Shown piece by piece: positions 23,116 to 35,147 of a stretch of 64,000 nucleotides of DNA (its first letter is position 1; the number at the start of each line of letters is the position of its first letter). Position numbers and translations under genes: made by a program. Under the pieces are notes generated by a model. The model searched no databases. It was not told where the DNA came from and saw only the letters and a list, made by a program, of their open reading frames with translations. The stretch is from Mantamonas sphyraenae STR306 (lineage: Eukaryota > Protista > CRuMs): positions 1-64,000 of the forward strand of contig JAPMXV010000013.1 of the NCBI GenBank assembly GCA_026936335.1. The letters are read 5' to 3'.

Positions 23116-23577
23116 ATGAGCACCAAGGGCAACAAGGGCAAAGCCAAGGGCAAGGGCAAAAAGGAACGATTCGACGACTCTCTGGATGAAGCCACCAAGT
23201 ATGAACTGGAGGTGCAGTGGTGCATCGACCAGCTCGAACTCGGCCTCCAGCGCCCGCATGACAAGGACCAAGAAAAGCAATCCAAGAGCGTCATCAAGAA
23301 GCTCAACAACCCCAAACTGTTCAAACCCAAGAAGCGCCAGCTCATGCACGTCGTCTTTGGCGACTACAAGGGCATGATGCGAAGTGAGGACGCCTACAGG
23401 CAAATGCTTGTCGCCCAAGGCAAGCTCGCTCCCTCCGACGACGCAGAAGACGAATCGAGCTCCACTGCAGACACGACAGACGATGACAAACAAACCACAC
23501 AGTCCTCCAATGATGCCAGCGAGTCGGTTTCCGACTCACAAGACGACACGCAAGAGGCGTCCTCCAGCAACGAATGA
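23116..23577 (+). CDS. UPF0488 (C8orf33-like) protein
   Basis: ELEVQWCIDQLELGL and KKRQLMHVVFGDYKGMM motifs. Confidence 0.8.
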   Translation: MSTKGNKGKAKGKGKKERFDDSLDEATKYELEVQWCIDQLELGLQRPHDKDQEKQSKSVIKKLNNPKLFKPKKRQLMHVVFGDYKGMMRSEDAYRQMLVAQGKLAPSDDAEDESSSTADTTDDDKQTTQSSNDASESVSDSQDDTQEASSSNE

Positions 23578-23619
23578 ACTGAACTCCTCAGAACACCAAA
23601 ACTCTCCTCCATTGCCCCA

Positions 23620-26600
23620 TCACTCGTCCTTGTTCTTCCACCACAACGCGATAAATGCTACAATGCGCACAGCCACGCCCATCAGCGCCAGGGCAAGCAA
23701 ACACTCGTGGATCGCCGGCAATTCGTTCTCGTCGCCCAGAACATACCCGACATGACGCAGGATCGGATCCACTGGCACAGCTTCTGGGAACCGAATCAGC
23801 TCAATTCGGATAAGGGCTTCCATCATCCAGCGTGCAAACGAGGCGTATGTGGCCATTTCCGCCACTGGTCCCATGTCCACCAGTTCCCTCAGCGTCGGCG
23901 AACTGCCCGCAAACATCGTCGCGATCAGCGCAACCACCACCCCGCTCAGCTGCGCCTGAGTGGGCTTCAGAAGAATGCTCACCAGCTGTCCCATACCACT
24001 GGCACACCAGAATCCAGCCAGAAGGACCAGGTAAAAGTCGCCAAGCGAACTGCGAGGGCTCACCAAAGGATACTGCACGCTCAAAAACACCAGCGGCGCA
24101 AATACCATCTGCGGCATTGCTGCAGAGATTTTGGCCATAAAGTAAGCGCTGACGCTCAACCCTGCCCTTGCGTCCCTGCGCAGCGTCACCTTTTCGTTGC
24201 CAAAGTGCTTCAGACTCGCCTGCATCGCACACATCCCCACCGCCATCGACGTCAAACTGGCACGCGCAATCAGCGTCGTCACGTCGCCATTGAAATAGAT
24301 GGAGCCCAGCACGGCCCCGGCAATCCACATCAGCGCATTGTCCAGCAGCACGCTGCGCACATCACGCGCTTGTTGCACCAACGAGCGCCACGTGCACAAC
24401 GCGTACTGCACATGCCACGGTGCAATCTGGCGCCCGCTTTTGTCTTCTGACTTTGACACCACCATCGATGGCAACGACGAAAGTGACGACGACAGCGTCG
24501 ACGTAAACGACGACTCGCGCTCCCTGCCCTCGCTCCTTTCGCTCTCCTCCATTTCCAGCGAGCTCGTCGAGCGGTATCGTGTGTCCCTTTCCCTCCATTC
24601 GCTCACGAGGTCCACATCGCCGCTGTCTGTGATCACGTCCAGGAAAAAGTCGGCAGGGTTCTCGTGCAGCGGCAGCTGAAAGCCCAGCTCCTGAAAGTAC
24701 GGCAGTGCACTGTTTGTTGGCCCAAGGTATACGGGTTTGCCTCCTTTGGCCAGCAGCAGCACATCGTCCAGCATCTGAAAGATGCTGAACCGTGGCTGGT
24801 GGATCACACAAACGATCGTCAGACCCTTGGACGCCATTGCCCGCAGCGCTTCCATCACAGCCATGCTCGACGTCGCATCCAGTCCACTGGTGGGTTCGTC
24901 CAGAAACAACACCGTCGGGTCACTCACCAGCTCCATGCCGATGTTGCATCGTTTGCGCTGCCCACCCGAAATCCCTCGCACATCTTCGTCGCCGATCCGC
25001 GAGTGCCGCACCCCGTACAAGTCCAGCAGCTCGATCACATTGCGCACAAGCATCCGTTTGTCCGCATAGCTCTTCTTCTTGCTCAGACGTACAAACGCGT
25101 TGAAGCGCAGCAGCTCCTTGACGGTTTGGTCTCGCAGCATGATGTCCTCCTGCGGCACAAATCCAAACAGCCGCGAGTAGTTGCGCATACTATCCTCTTC
25201 CCCGTTGATGTGGATGCTCCCACTTGTCGGTTGCACCTTGCCACTCAGCAGCGACATGAACGTCGATTTGCCCGCTCCGGACGGACCCATGATGGCCGTC
25301 AACCGCCCATGCCGAATGCTCCCGGAGACACGATCCATGATCTTGCGTCCGCTCGGCAAACGCAGCGTCAGGTTTTGGAACGTGAAATCAATTGTGAAAT
25401 CCTTCTCTTTGATGCCTTGGATGCCGGTCTGGCCCTTGAACGTGCGGATCTCCTCGTCCATCAGCAGCGGCTGCTCCAAGTCCGCCCCCGTGGCGCTGGA
25501 CGTAGATTCAGACCTCTTTTGAGCCAATTTGCTCATGCGAATCAGGTCGCGGCGCACACGGTCACGCTGAGCACGTCGCTCCTCGCGAAGCTTGCGCACC
25601 AGCCGACGTATTCCGTAGCCGCCCACCAACACAATGAGGAGCAGCAAATGGCCGCTGTAGGCGCCCGCTTGGCTCTTTGTCCCTGGTGGGCAAAGGCTCA
25701 GGAACCCACAGGTACGTGGCTTCAGCGAGCCCTCTCGGCAAAAAAACCCGCGCGGACAGATCTCCTTGGCCGCAGGCGAGCGGCAAAAGTAGCCTGCAGG
25801 ACACTGCTGCGGGATTTGGGTGCCTGCGGGGCAATATGTGCGCGACGGGCACTCCTGCTTGCCTGTGGGGAGGGCGCAAAAGTGGCCAGCTGGACACGGA
25901 TCTGCGCGCACAGACCCAGTCGGGCAGAAGGACGTCTGGTCGTTGATCTTCTTGCGCGCACGGTCGAACATGGTGGGACACACCGTGGGTTCCATCACGT
26001 CGGGTGTGGGGCAGTATGCGCCCGCAGGACAGCGCATGTCCACGTTGGTCGTGATGACACTCAATGTCGTGCGGTTGAATCCGGTGATGGTCGTGTTGGA
26101 ACGCGCCAGCGGACAAAAGTCACCGGCAGAGCAGTTGAAGAGGACGTCGCGTTGGCCACTCACGGAGTACAGGCCCTGGGGCACAGGGAACGGAAGCAGA
26201 TCCGGCAACGCGCAGATCAAGCCACTCGGGCAAGGCACAGGTGCCACAAGCCCCTTTGACATGCATGTCGTTGCTTTGCTGTCATCAATGGGACAGCGCA
26301 GGGGAAATGCCAGACCTTCAATGGGACACATGTACCCCTCGGGGCACTCCAGCAGGATGCCCCCGGGAGAAAAGAAGCCAGGCGGAGTCTTGCGCTTGGC
26401 CAGCGGGTACGGAGCATACTCACCAAAGCCCAACCGGTAGGTGTTGGGCAGGGTCATGGCCGGACAATGCACAGACGTGTGGCACGACGAGCGGTAGTCG
26501 ACAAAGTCGAGCAACTGCAACGGCTTGTCTCGCCCTGCACCCAGTGCACAGGCACTCTTGAACGGAAGCAAAGCAGGGTGCGCACCAGGATCCTCGCGCA

Positions 26601-28490
26601 GGAGCTTACAGATTGTGACAAAGCGGCGATGCGCACGCACATGAATGGCCGGCTTTCGCCGCACCGAAAACAGGTGCTGCGAGTTGGACGACATCGTCAT
26701 GATGCTCAGTTGGTCCACACTCGTTGTGCTTTGCAGCGGATCCACCACAATCAACCCGCCACCCATGAGGTCACACTGCTCCTGCAGGGCAAACATCTTT
26801 TGCTCCAGACCGTAGTTCAGTGCCAGCACGTAGTACAGAGCGTGTGATCGTGGGTTTGTGGCCGGCGACGGGTTCTCACCGTTCGCCAACACCATGGCTA
26901 GAGAAGGCTCCTTGAATCCAACGTCGATTTCGTGCGGGTAGCCATCGCTCAGCGGCTGTTCCGCCTGCACAACCGACAATGGCGCGTTGAGGCATGGTCC
27001 TCCCGCCACAGCGCGATACTGCGTTGCCGAGGCACAGGGAGCCCAGGTGGCTTGACGACACACGGGATTGTCCACTTGCTTGCCGCACGGAGACTGGAGA
27101 ATGTCCATCCGAGACAACTCGGGCACTCCCTGCACCACAACCGACGACGTTTGCCGTGTTGGATGCACCAGCACCAGCACCAGCCAGCCCATCTGCGACG
27201 GGTAAGCAAAATCTGCGGAGAAGCAGGCTGTGATCAGTCGCACGCTGCTGATCGCAAGCTCTGGCTGTCCCGTGGTGTACAAAGTACTCAGCGCCGTGCG
27301 CTCCAGCGTGTACGTGGCATCTCCAGATACCACAGAGAGGTCAAACGCAGACACGGTAGCATCGTCGTGGACCAACAGAAGCGAACGCCACTTGCTGGCC
27401 CAGCTGCAGCGTGAATCCGGGCGCAGCACAAAGTCCACGGGATTCAACGCCGTCGCGTGGTGTTCCACTTGCACATACAGGCGCTTGTTGTCTGCAAACG
27501 GCACACCACCCGGAGCGAGGAAGCGCAACACTGTCGGCGTGTCTTCAATGTTGTCGCAGCTCCAGACCCTTCGCATTTCAAAGCGAAATTGCACCTGCCC
27601 ATTGCCCAGGTACTCTTTGATGAGCAGGCCCCACGTCGTGTTGCGTCCATTGGGCATGTCCAGGTACAACACGCTCTGCACAAACTCCTCCTGTTTCACA
27701 TGGTCGTTGCTGGGCGGTTTCGCACGCACTTGAGTTTGCGATCATTTCACGTTCCCGTGTGAGAGGGCCGCACGTTTTCTCCTGTGACGGGTCACATCAC
27801 GCTCCACTTACATGTTTTGCACACGCGCAGCGATTCGATGTCATCAATGACGCTCAAACGCACGATCATGATCTCCCTGGAGATGAGGTACGCTGGGGAA
27901 CCTCGCAGGGACTGAAGAGCAGGCGGAGTGACAGAGTTGTTGCTCTCAACTGTGAAGCGCCTGTTGTTGTACGTCGAAAGACGCACGCGATGGATGCCAC
28001 TGTTGTCGTAGTCATACTGTGGTGGAATGGGCTCTGTGTGTAGCGGGTACGGCTTGCTGGACTGACTCGTCGAAAAGTCGACAATCTGCACGCTGCCGTC
28101 GCCCGTGGCCAGTGCCACGAGGGCAGGGTAGCCAAAGGTTTGGCCCAACGGACGTACACTGTCGTATGTGAGCGTATCGTTTGGTCCAAAGTATGGCACA
28201 GGCACCATCGACGTCACGTGCTCGCAGTGTCCCGTGGCAGCCATCTCCTGCTCCGAACACAGCGTGTAGTTGCCTCGCTCGCTGTCAATCACCAACGACG
28301 ACAAATTCTTCATCTCGGCCGAGAACGGGTTGGAACCAGCACACCACTCAGACTCTGTGCTCGACGATAGACCCACACGGCCCAGACAAGGCAGCGTTGC
28401 GTTTCCAGGACAACCCAGACCATGCACCTGAATAGCCACCACCAGACACCATACGCATGCAAGGAGAAACGATGCAACGCCACGTCGCAT
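23620..28490 (-). CDS. ABCG half-transporter with a large signal-peptide-led, Cys-rich extracellular N-terminus; intron ~27729-27811
   Basis: Walker A GPSGAGKS, signature ISGGQRKR, Walker B FLDEPTSGLD, C-terminal TM domain, upstream CPAGxxC repeats and one TM helix. Confidence 0.92.
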
Positions 28491-28572
28491 TGCTCTCTGT
28501 CGCTGATTTAAGATTCTGGGTCGGCCCGCGCACACGCACGCGCACCCAATCCCAACTCCACTACGCGACGAC

Positions 28573-29853
28573 ATGTTTGCACGCCGTTCTCGCACACTCA
28601 TGCAGGGTTCGCTGCCCAAAGCGGCTTCGACCGAGTTTAGCCGTGCGTTGGGCATCGACACCCCCATCATCTGTGGCGCCATGTATCCGTGCAGCAACCC
28701 GGAGCTTGTCGCGGCCGCTTCGGAGGCCGGAGGGTAGGTCCGCGCCCGACCCGCCTCACAATGCCATCATGATGCCCGTCTGACCCCACACACACATGCT
28801 GCGTCGCACACACTTCCCTTCCGCTTATTTTGTGACACACAGCATCGGCGTCATCCAACCCATCAGCATGATGTTTGTGCACGGTCGCGACCTTCGAGAG
28901 GGCATCCGAGAGATCCAGAGCCTGACGGACAAGCCCATCGGGTTCAACGCCCTCATCGAAAAGTCGTCCAAGGTGTACGAAGATCGCATGCGCAAATGGG
29001 TGGACATTGCCCTCGAGGAAGGCGTGCGGTTTTTCATTTCGGCGCTCGGCAATCCGCGTTGGGTCGTTGACAAAGTCCACGCCGTCGGCGGCATTGTCTA
29101 CCACGACGTCACCGAACGCAAATGGGCCGAAAAGGCCCTTGCTGCAGACGTCGATGGGCTCATCTGCGTCAACAAGTGAGTTGCCGTTTGCGCCCCACCT
29201 CGCGCTCAGGAGTGTGCGGAGCCGCTGACACACACGAGACACTACTCCCTCGCCACAGCCAAGCTGGAGGCCATTTGGGCACTCTGTCTCCCGAGGAATG
29301 TTATGAGACCATGCACGACTTGGGCGTGCCGCTCGTCTGTGCCGGAGGGGTCATCCAGGACAGCGACTTTGCCCGTCTTTTGGACATGGGTTACTCGGGC
29401 ATCCAGCTGGGCACACGCTTCATTGCCACCAACGAGTGCAATGCACACCCCACCTACAAGCAGGCCATCATCGACGCAACCAGTGCTGACATTGTGTCTA
29501 CAGACCGCATTTCGGGCGTCAACGTCTCTGTGATCAAAACCCCCGAACTCGAAAAGGCTGGCTACCGCGCCGGTCCTGTGGCCAGTTGGATGCTGCGCCA
29601 CCCCAAGTTCAAACACTACATGCGCATGTACTACAGCCTCAGCAGTGTGTTCAGCATGAAAAAGGCCAACCAGAAGGGCAGTGGCTATGCTGACTTTTGG
29701 CAAGCTGGCAAGAGTGTGGACGGCATCCACGCCATTGAGGACGTCAAGACCATTGTCGACCGCCTCACCAACGAGCTGTGGGCCCTCGAGAAGGAGATGG
29801 AGCGCGACATGCAAGACGGCAAGCTCAAGGAGAAGGTGGTGGCAAAGGTGTAG
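28573..29853 (+). CDS. Nitronate monooxygenase / 2-nitropropane dioxygenase family flavoprotein; introns 28734-28842 and 29176-29258
   Basis: PIICGAMYPCSNPELVAAASEAGG, AGGHLG, PLVCAGGV, QLGTRFIATNEC, WQAGKSV. Confidence 0.9.
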
Positions 29854-29871
29854 TTGCAAATGGCTTTCCAT

Positions 29872-31226
29872 TCATCTCTCCACGTCCATCCCTCCATCGT
29901 TTGAGCTGTGTGCTGGTCGTGTGCGCGCTCGTGCTGCCGGGACATGAGTGCTGTGCAATTTCTTCCCTGTGCGCCAGGCCACGTATTCGTCCATTGCAAT
30001 CGGCCAGCTGCCCGTGACGTCGTAGTCGGTGCAGTCAGGCGGCATCTCCACGCAAAATTCCAGGATGTTGCGCCATAGGTCGTAGTTGATCACACTGCGC
30101 GTGGAGTGCTTGCTCAGGTACTCCAACAGCGTTTCCATGTGTTCGGGGAAGCGATCCAGCAAAATACGATCCAGCATGGCCACAGCCAGATCCAGGTCGA
30201 TGTTGCGCCGCAGTCCGGCATCCTTGCAGTAGTAAAAGACAAACTTGTAGAAGCTGCGATACTGCTGCTCCTCGTCCAGTTCCTCCACCATCAGCGGTAG
30301 GACTTCCACGACCTCCTCCAGCGTCTTGCAGCCCACACACTCCATTCCGTGCATCCATTCGTCGTATGGGATGCAGCTCATCCGGGTCAGCTCCATGTTC
30401 CATGCCAGAGCGAGCATGGGCAAGTCGTATGGCTCGCAACCCAGGTCACGACTCAGCCGTTCGTAGCCGTCAGGCCCAATCACGTCAGAGTCACCTCCGT
30501 AGCGCTCAAACACATGCGACACGGGTTTGTACATGTATGTGTCGTCCTGTGAGAAGCTTCGTGTCCTTCCACATGTCTCGTAGCTGCACACGTCGCCGTC
30601 ACCCTGTGTCAGTTCTCGAGAATGGGCGCGCGTCTCACCTTGCCTCGCCCTCTGCCTCCACACACGCCTCCACACCCAACACGTACTCAATGTCCACGTT
30701 GCACGCATCGTTTTCTCGGCTCCCGCCCTCCTCCTGCAATACCCAGCTGCCGCTGCGGCCCTTGACGAACCGTTTCGGCTTGGCCAGCCGGTAGCTTTTA
30801 CGCGCCGAGCTCCCCGTCGACGACGACGACGACGACGACCCAAAGCTGCTGTTCTGCGCATCCCACTCCGACTCTTTGGTCTTGGCTGCCTTTCGGCGCC
30901 GTACTCGCCTCCCTGTGGACAATGCACGTGTGGTGGCGGCGTGTCAGAGCACTCGGGTTCAGATTCCGGCCAATCTCCACCCACCTGTCACCCGTCCTCA
31001 ACTCGACAGACTGCAACCTCGTCGCACAAGTGTCTACACCTCCTTCCACCCGGTCTCGTCTCATGTGCGACGGCTCACATGCATGCATGTGCACAAACTT
31101 ACGGAAAGGCTCCTGATTCCAGGTCTCGATGTCTTCCTGCGCCGCCACGTCGTCAGCACAGCCCACCACGGCGTCACCATCCTCGTACACATCCTCCAGC
31201 TTCCTTCGGCGACCGGAGCTGGACAT
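29872..31226 (-). CDS. DCN1-like cullin neddylation (PONY-domain) protein, multi-exon (5' exons uncertain)
   Basis: IGPDGYERLSRDLG, LALAWNM, FYKFVFYY, VINYDLWRNILEF, YDVTGSWPIAMDEYV. Confidence 0.85.
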
Positions 31227-31295
31227 CGAGGACTGTGAGGTTGGATGGCGAGGCGCAACCTGGTCAAACCCAACACCAACCTTCCCGCCCACCAA

Positions 31296-34277
31296 ATGCG
31301 CTCTGGAAGCAGACCACGCACGTCGTACAGACAACATCGCGTGGTAAGAACCAGTGCTGCAGCATCTGCCTCGGCGCACAGGAGCGAGCTGGAACAGGAG
31401 TATGGCGTCAGCAGCAACCGGCGGATGGTGACCTCGGCCAGCAAGGACGTCCACGATTCCGAGCTCGTGCTCCCGGACCAGCTCGATGTGCCAGAGGCTC
31501 CATTGCAGGTCGCTGTGCGTCTGCGTCCCCCCAACAAGACTCAAGTTCAGCTCAGTCAAGCCTCAACACCGTCCTCCTCCTCTTCCTCCTCTTCCTCCTC
31601 GGCCCTTGCTCGAGGTTCGGCAAAGGGCAAGCAGCGATGGAACGCCCTCGTGGGTGGTAAGGATGACACACGTCTGTTGGCGCCGCAGCTGGAATCGGAA
31701 AACGCCGTCGAGCTGCGCGACCCCATGTTTGGCCAGCTTCCAGGCCGCACCTCGCAGTACCGCGAGTTTGTCCTCGATCACTTTTACGACGCAGACTCTT
31801 CTTTGGACGCCTTGTTTGACTCGGTACGCTTTGTGGCTTGCGCACATGCTCGCTTTACAGTGGCCAACCCACGTTTCGGCCGTTGTCAATCCCCCACGCC
31901 CCACCGCGTTTCCTCCGGCTCACACTGCATCCCTGCACCCTCCTTGCCCCATGCTGCACTGCCCACAGAGCATCAAACCTCTGTGCAACAACGTGGTCCT
32001 CGGCCACGACGCAAATGTGCTCGTGTTTGGTCCCACAGCCAGCGGCAAGAGTCACAGGTAACGTTCAGAAATCCGTCGGCCGCTCCGCAGCCCTTTGTCG
32101 CTCACGCCCCTTCCCCCCCACGCCTCACACACAAACAAACAATTCCATACGCACAGCCTGATGGGCAAAGAAGGTGAAAGTGCAGGCATCATCACAAAGT
32201 GTGCCAAGTACTTGCGCGACACCGCCGACAAGCATATGCTGGGCCGCTATGCCAGCAGCAAGCTCTTTCTCGGGTGAGTGCCGTCTGCTGTGGCACCAAA
32301 GTCGACCTTGGCTGACGTCCCCACCCCACACCTCTTCCTTCCCTTCCACAGAATCATGGATGTGTGCCAGCACGTGTGTGTGGATATGCTGAGTGACAGG
32401 CGGAGCTCGAGCCGCTCCGACACAGCCTCACCGATGCATGCCTTCTCCAGTCTGCCTGTGTCTGAATCGCTGCATGACACAGGCAAACGCACACGTGGCA
32501 CGTCCTCGCGTCCCATCAGTGCGTCCTCGCTGTCTACCGTGTCCTCTGGCGAGTCGGATGGAGGTGGTGGCAGCAGCAGTCGCAACACCACCAGCTCACG
32601 CGCTGCCATGCGCAAGCAGGAGCAACCCGAACGCAAGGCATACGAGTCGCAAGGCCTCACTGTGGTGGAGCTGGTGGAGACGCAGCAAGGTCTGCATGTG
32701 CCCAGCAGCTTGACGACGACGCAGCTCACTTCGACGGCGGCGCTGGCCGAGCTGCTTGAAGACACACAGACAAACCGACTTGCGTGTGTGGACGCAGGGC
32801 TGGACATGGACACGGTGCACACTGTGTACACGCTGACCCTGGTGCGTGTGGACATGATGGGCAACACCACGTCGGCCACCCTCAATCTGGTCGAGTGTGC
32901 TGCATACAATGCGCAACCCCACCACAGCACCCAATCCGCAACGCTGGCCATGCAAAAGTCCTTTGGCAACCTCAAGCAGTGTCTGCGCACTGTGGACGCC
33001 GGGCAAAATCTGGCCGACACCTCCTTCCGCGAGTCGTTGTTGTCTCGCGTCCTCTTCAACAGTCTGTACAAGGCCAGTACGCGCTCGCTGCTCCTTGTCA
33101 CCCTCGATGGCAGCAAGAACAGATTCGAAGACACCCTCCATGGCCTGAAGTTTATGGCCACGTGTCGCACGCCGGCCAAACGTGCTCGCGACGAGGTCAA
33201 CGAGAGCACCGCCCACTCGCGCATCATTGAACTCATGCGCCTCGTCACGGAGCTCAAGAGTGAGAATGCACGGCTGCAGAAACAGGTCAGCTCCTCCACA
33301 AACATCTTTTCGGCCGTCATGGACCAAATGGCACGCGGCGAGCTCCCTGTGGAGCAGCTGGCCGAGCTGCGCGACGCGGACACACCCATTCCGGGCGGCG
33401 CACGTCGCTCTGCAGGCTCCGGCTCTGGGGCAGGCAGTCGCACACGAGCGAGCAGTGCCAACAACGACGACGACGGCGAAAGCCAACGGCAACAGGCCGC
33501 GCTGGCACGCGCGCTGAAGGAGAACATGCAATTGAAAGCCAGGCTGGCGCAAGAGGCGGACGTGTTCAAGAGCGTGCAGGAGGACAGGCGCAAGGAAGGC
33601 GAGAAGCAAACCTTGCAGTCGTTTGGGTACCAACGCCAGGTGCGCGAGCTGGAGCATCGACTCAAGGAGGCCGAGGAGGAACACAAGAGCGAGATGGCCG
33701 CCATGCAACGCAGCCACGCAGAAGCCATCGAGGCCGTGCACGACCACTACCAGCGCGTGCTGGGAGACCAAAGCAATCTCATCAAAGCCAACACGGCTGC
33801 TCTGAAGGAGCAGACCAAGGAGACAAACAGGGCGCACAGGGAGTTTGCCCGCACGATGACGGGAAAGGAACGCCAGTTTCGGGACAAGTTGGAAACACTG
33901 CTCACGGTCAAGGACGAGGAACTGGTGCATGTGGAAAAAACCTACCACGGTATGCTGAACGACAAGAGCCGCGACATGGAGGAGCAGCGAGCTCGCATGC
34001 GTGTCAAGGAGGCCTCGTACAAAAAGACCATCGCACGCCGCGAGCGCGAAATCGAGTATCTGTTTGACTATGTGGAGAAGCTCAGCACCATTGTGTACAA
34101 CATGGAACACGGCAGGTACAACTTGTACCAGCGCATGGGCATCCAACGCTTCCAAATCCCCTACGCCGACCGACCGGACGACGAGCTCGACCTGGACATT
34201 TGCACACACGTGGGCAAGCTCATCAAGAAGGCGGACAACTTTCTGCAACGGACAAACACATCGGTGCGCAGCGTAAT

Positions 34278-34309
<32 letters not shown>

Positions 34310-35112
34310 ATCAGGCATCACATGAGAGTCCCGCCACACAACGGCCATCCACTACTGCAGGCAACAGCAAACGAGGGCAGTCGGATGCCAGCCGACGCGA
34401 AACACGGCTGCTGGACAAGCTGGACAGGGATTTCGAGGCCATGCAGACGGAGATGGGACTGGACAGCGCAGGAACACCAGGGACACCGTCGTTCTGGAAC
34501 AGCACCATGCGCGACAGCACGGCGGGGCGCAGCGACTTTGACAACTGGGGTCTGGAGGCGCCTGTGGAGCAGATGAGCATGGAGGAATTGCAGGATCTGG
34601 TCATGCAGCTGCGTTCCCTGCTGATGGTCAGCAACGCACCCATTGTCGGCCTTGGCAACAGCGAAGGCGACGCAGATGTGGACGAAGACGAGCAAGAGCT
34701 CGCCGTGCCAGCCGCGACGACCACGACCGCCTCGTCTACGTCTTCTTCCTCCTCTGCGCTTGACGCAGGCAGTGTACGGCGGCAGCTGGAGGAGGAGCTG
34801 CTGCAACAGCTCGCCTCTCACGAGACAGCCATGTACATTCGCGAGCTGGAGTACGATCTGGAAGAGTACAAGCGTCTGTACAAGGAGGAAGTCAAGCATC
34901 GCAAGCAGCTTCAGGTGGCCGTGGCCAGCAGCCAACGCATCATCGACCGTGGTGTGTCGCGCGGAAGCAACCGCCACGGCACTTCCACGCGTCCATCCAC
35001 CCGTGCTACTTCCCGCCAGTCCGGCTCATCCCTATCCTCTTCCTCACGGCGCAAGCGCTCCACTGTCGACACACTTGCCCAAGACTTGCACCGCATTGCA
35101 GCGCACAAATGA
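31296..35112 (+). CDS. Divergent kinesin-like protein with a coiled-coil tail; introns ~31824-31968, 32058-32156 and 32274-32351
   Basis: QVAVRLRP, FVLDHFYD, P-loop GPTASGKS, FRESLLSRVL, TLHGLKF; switch motifs degenerate. Confidence 0.8.
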
Positions 35113-35147
35113 ACTTGAGCTGAACTGCAACCACTGACCTTTGTTCC

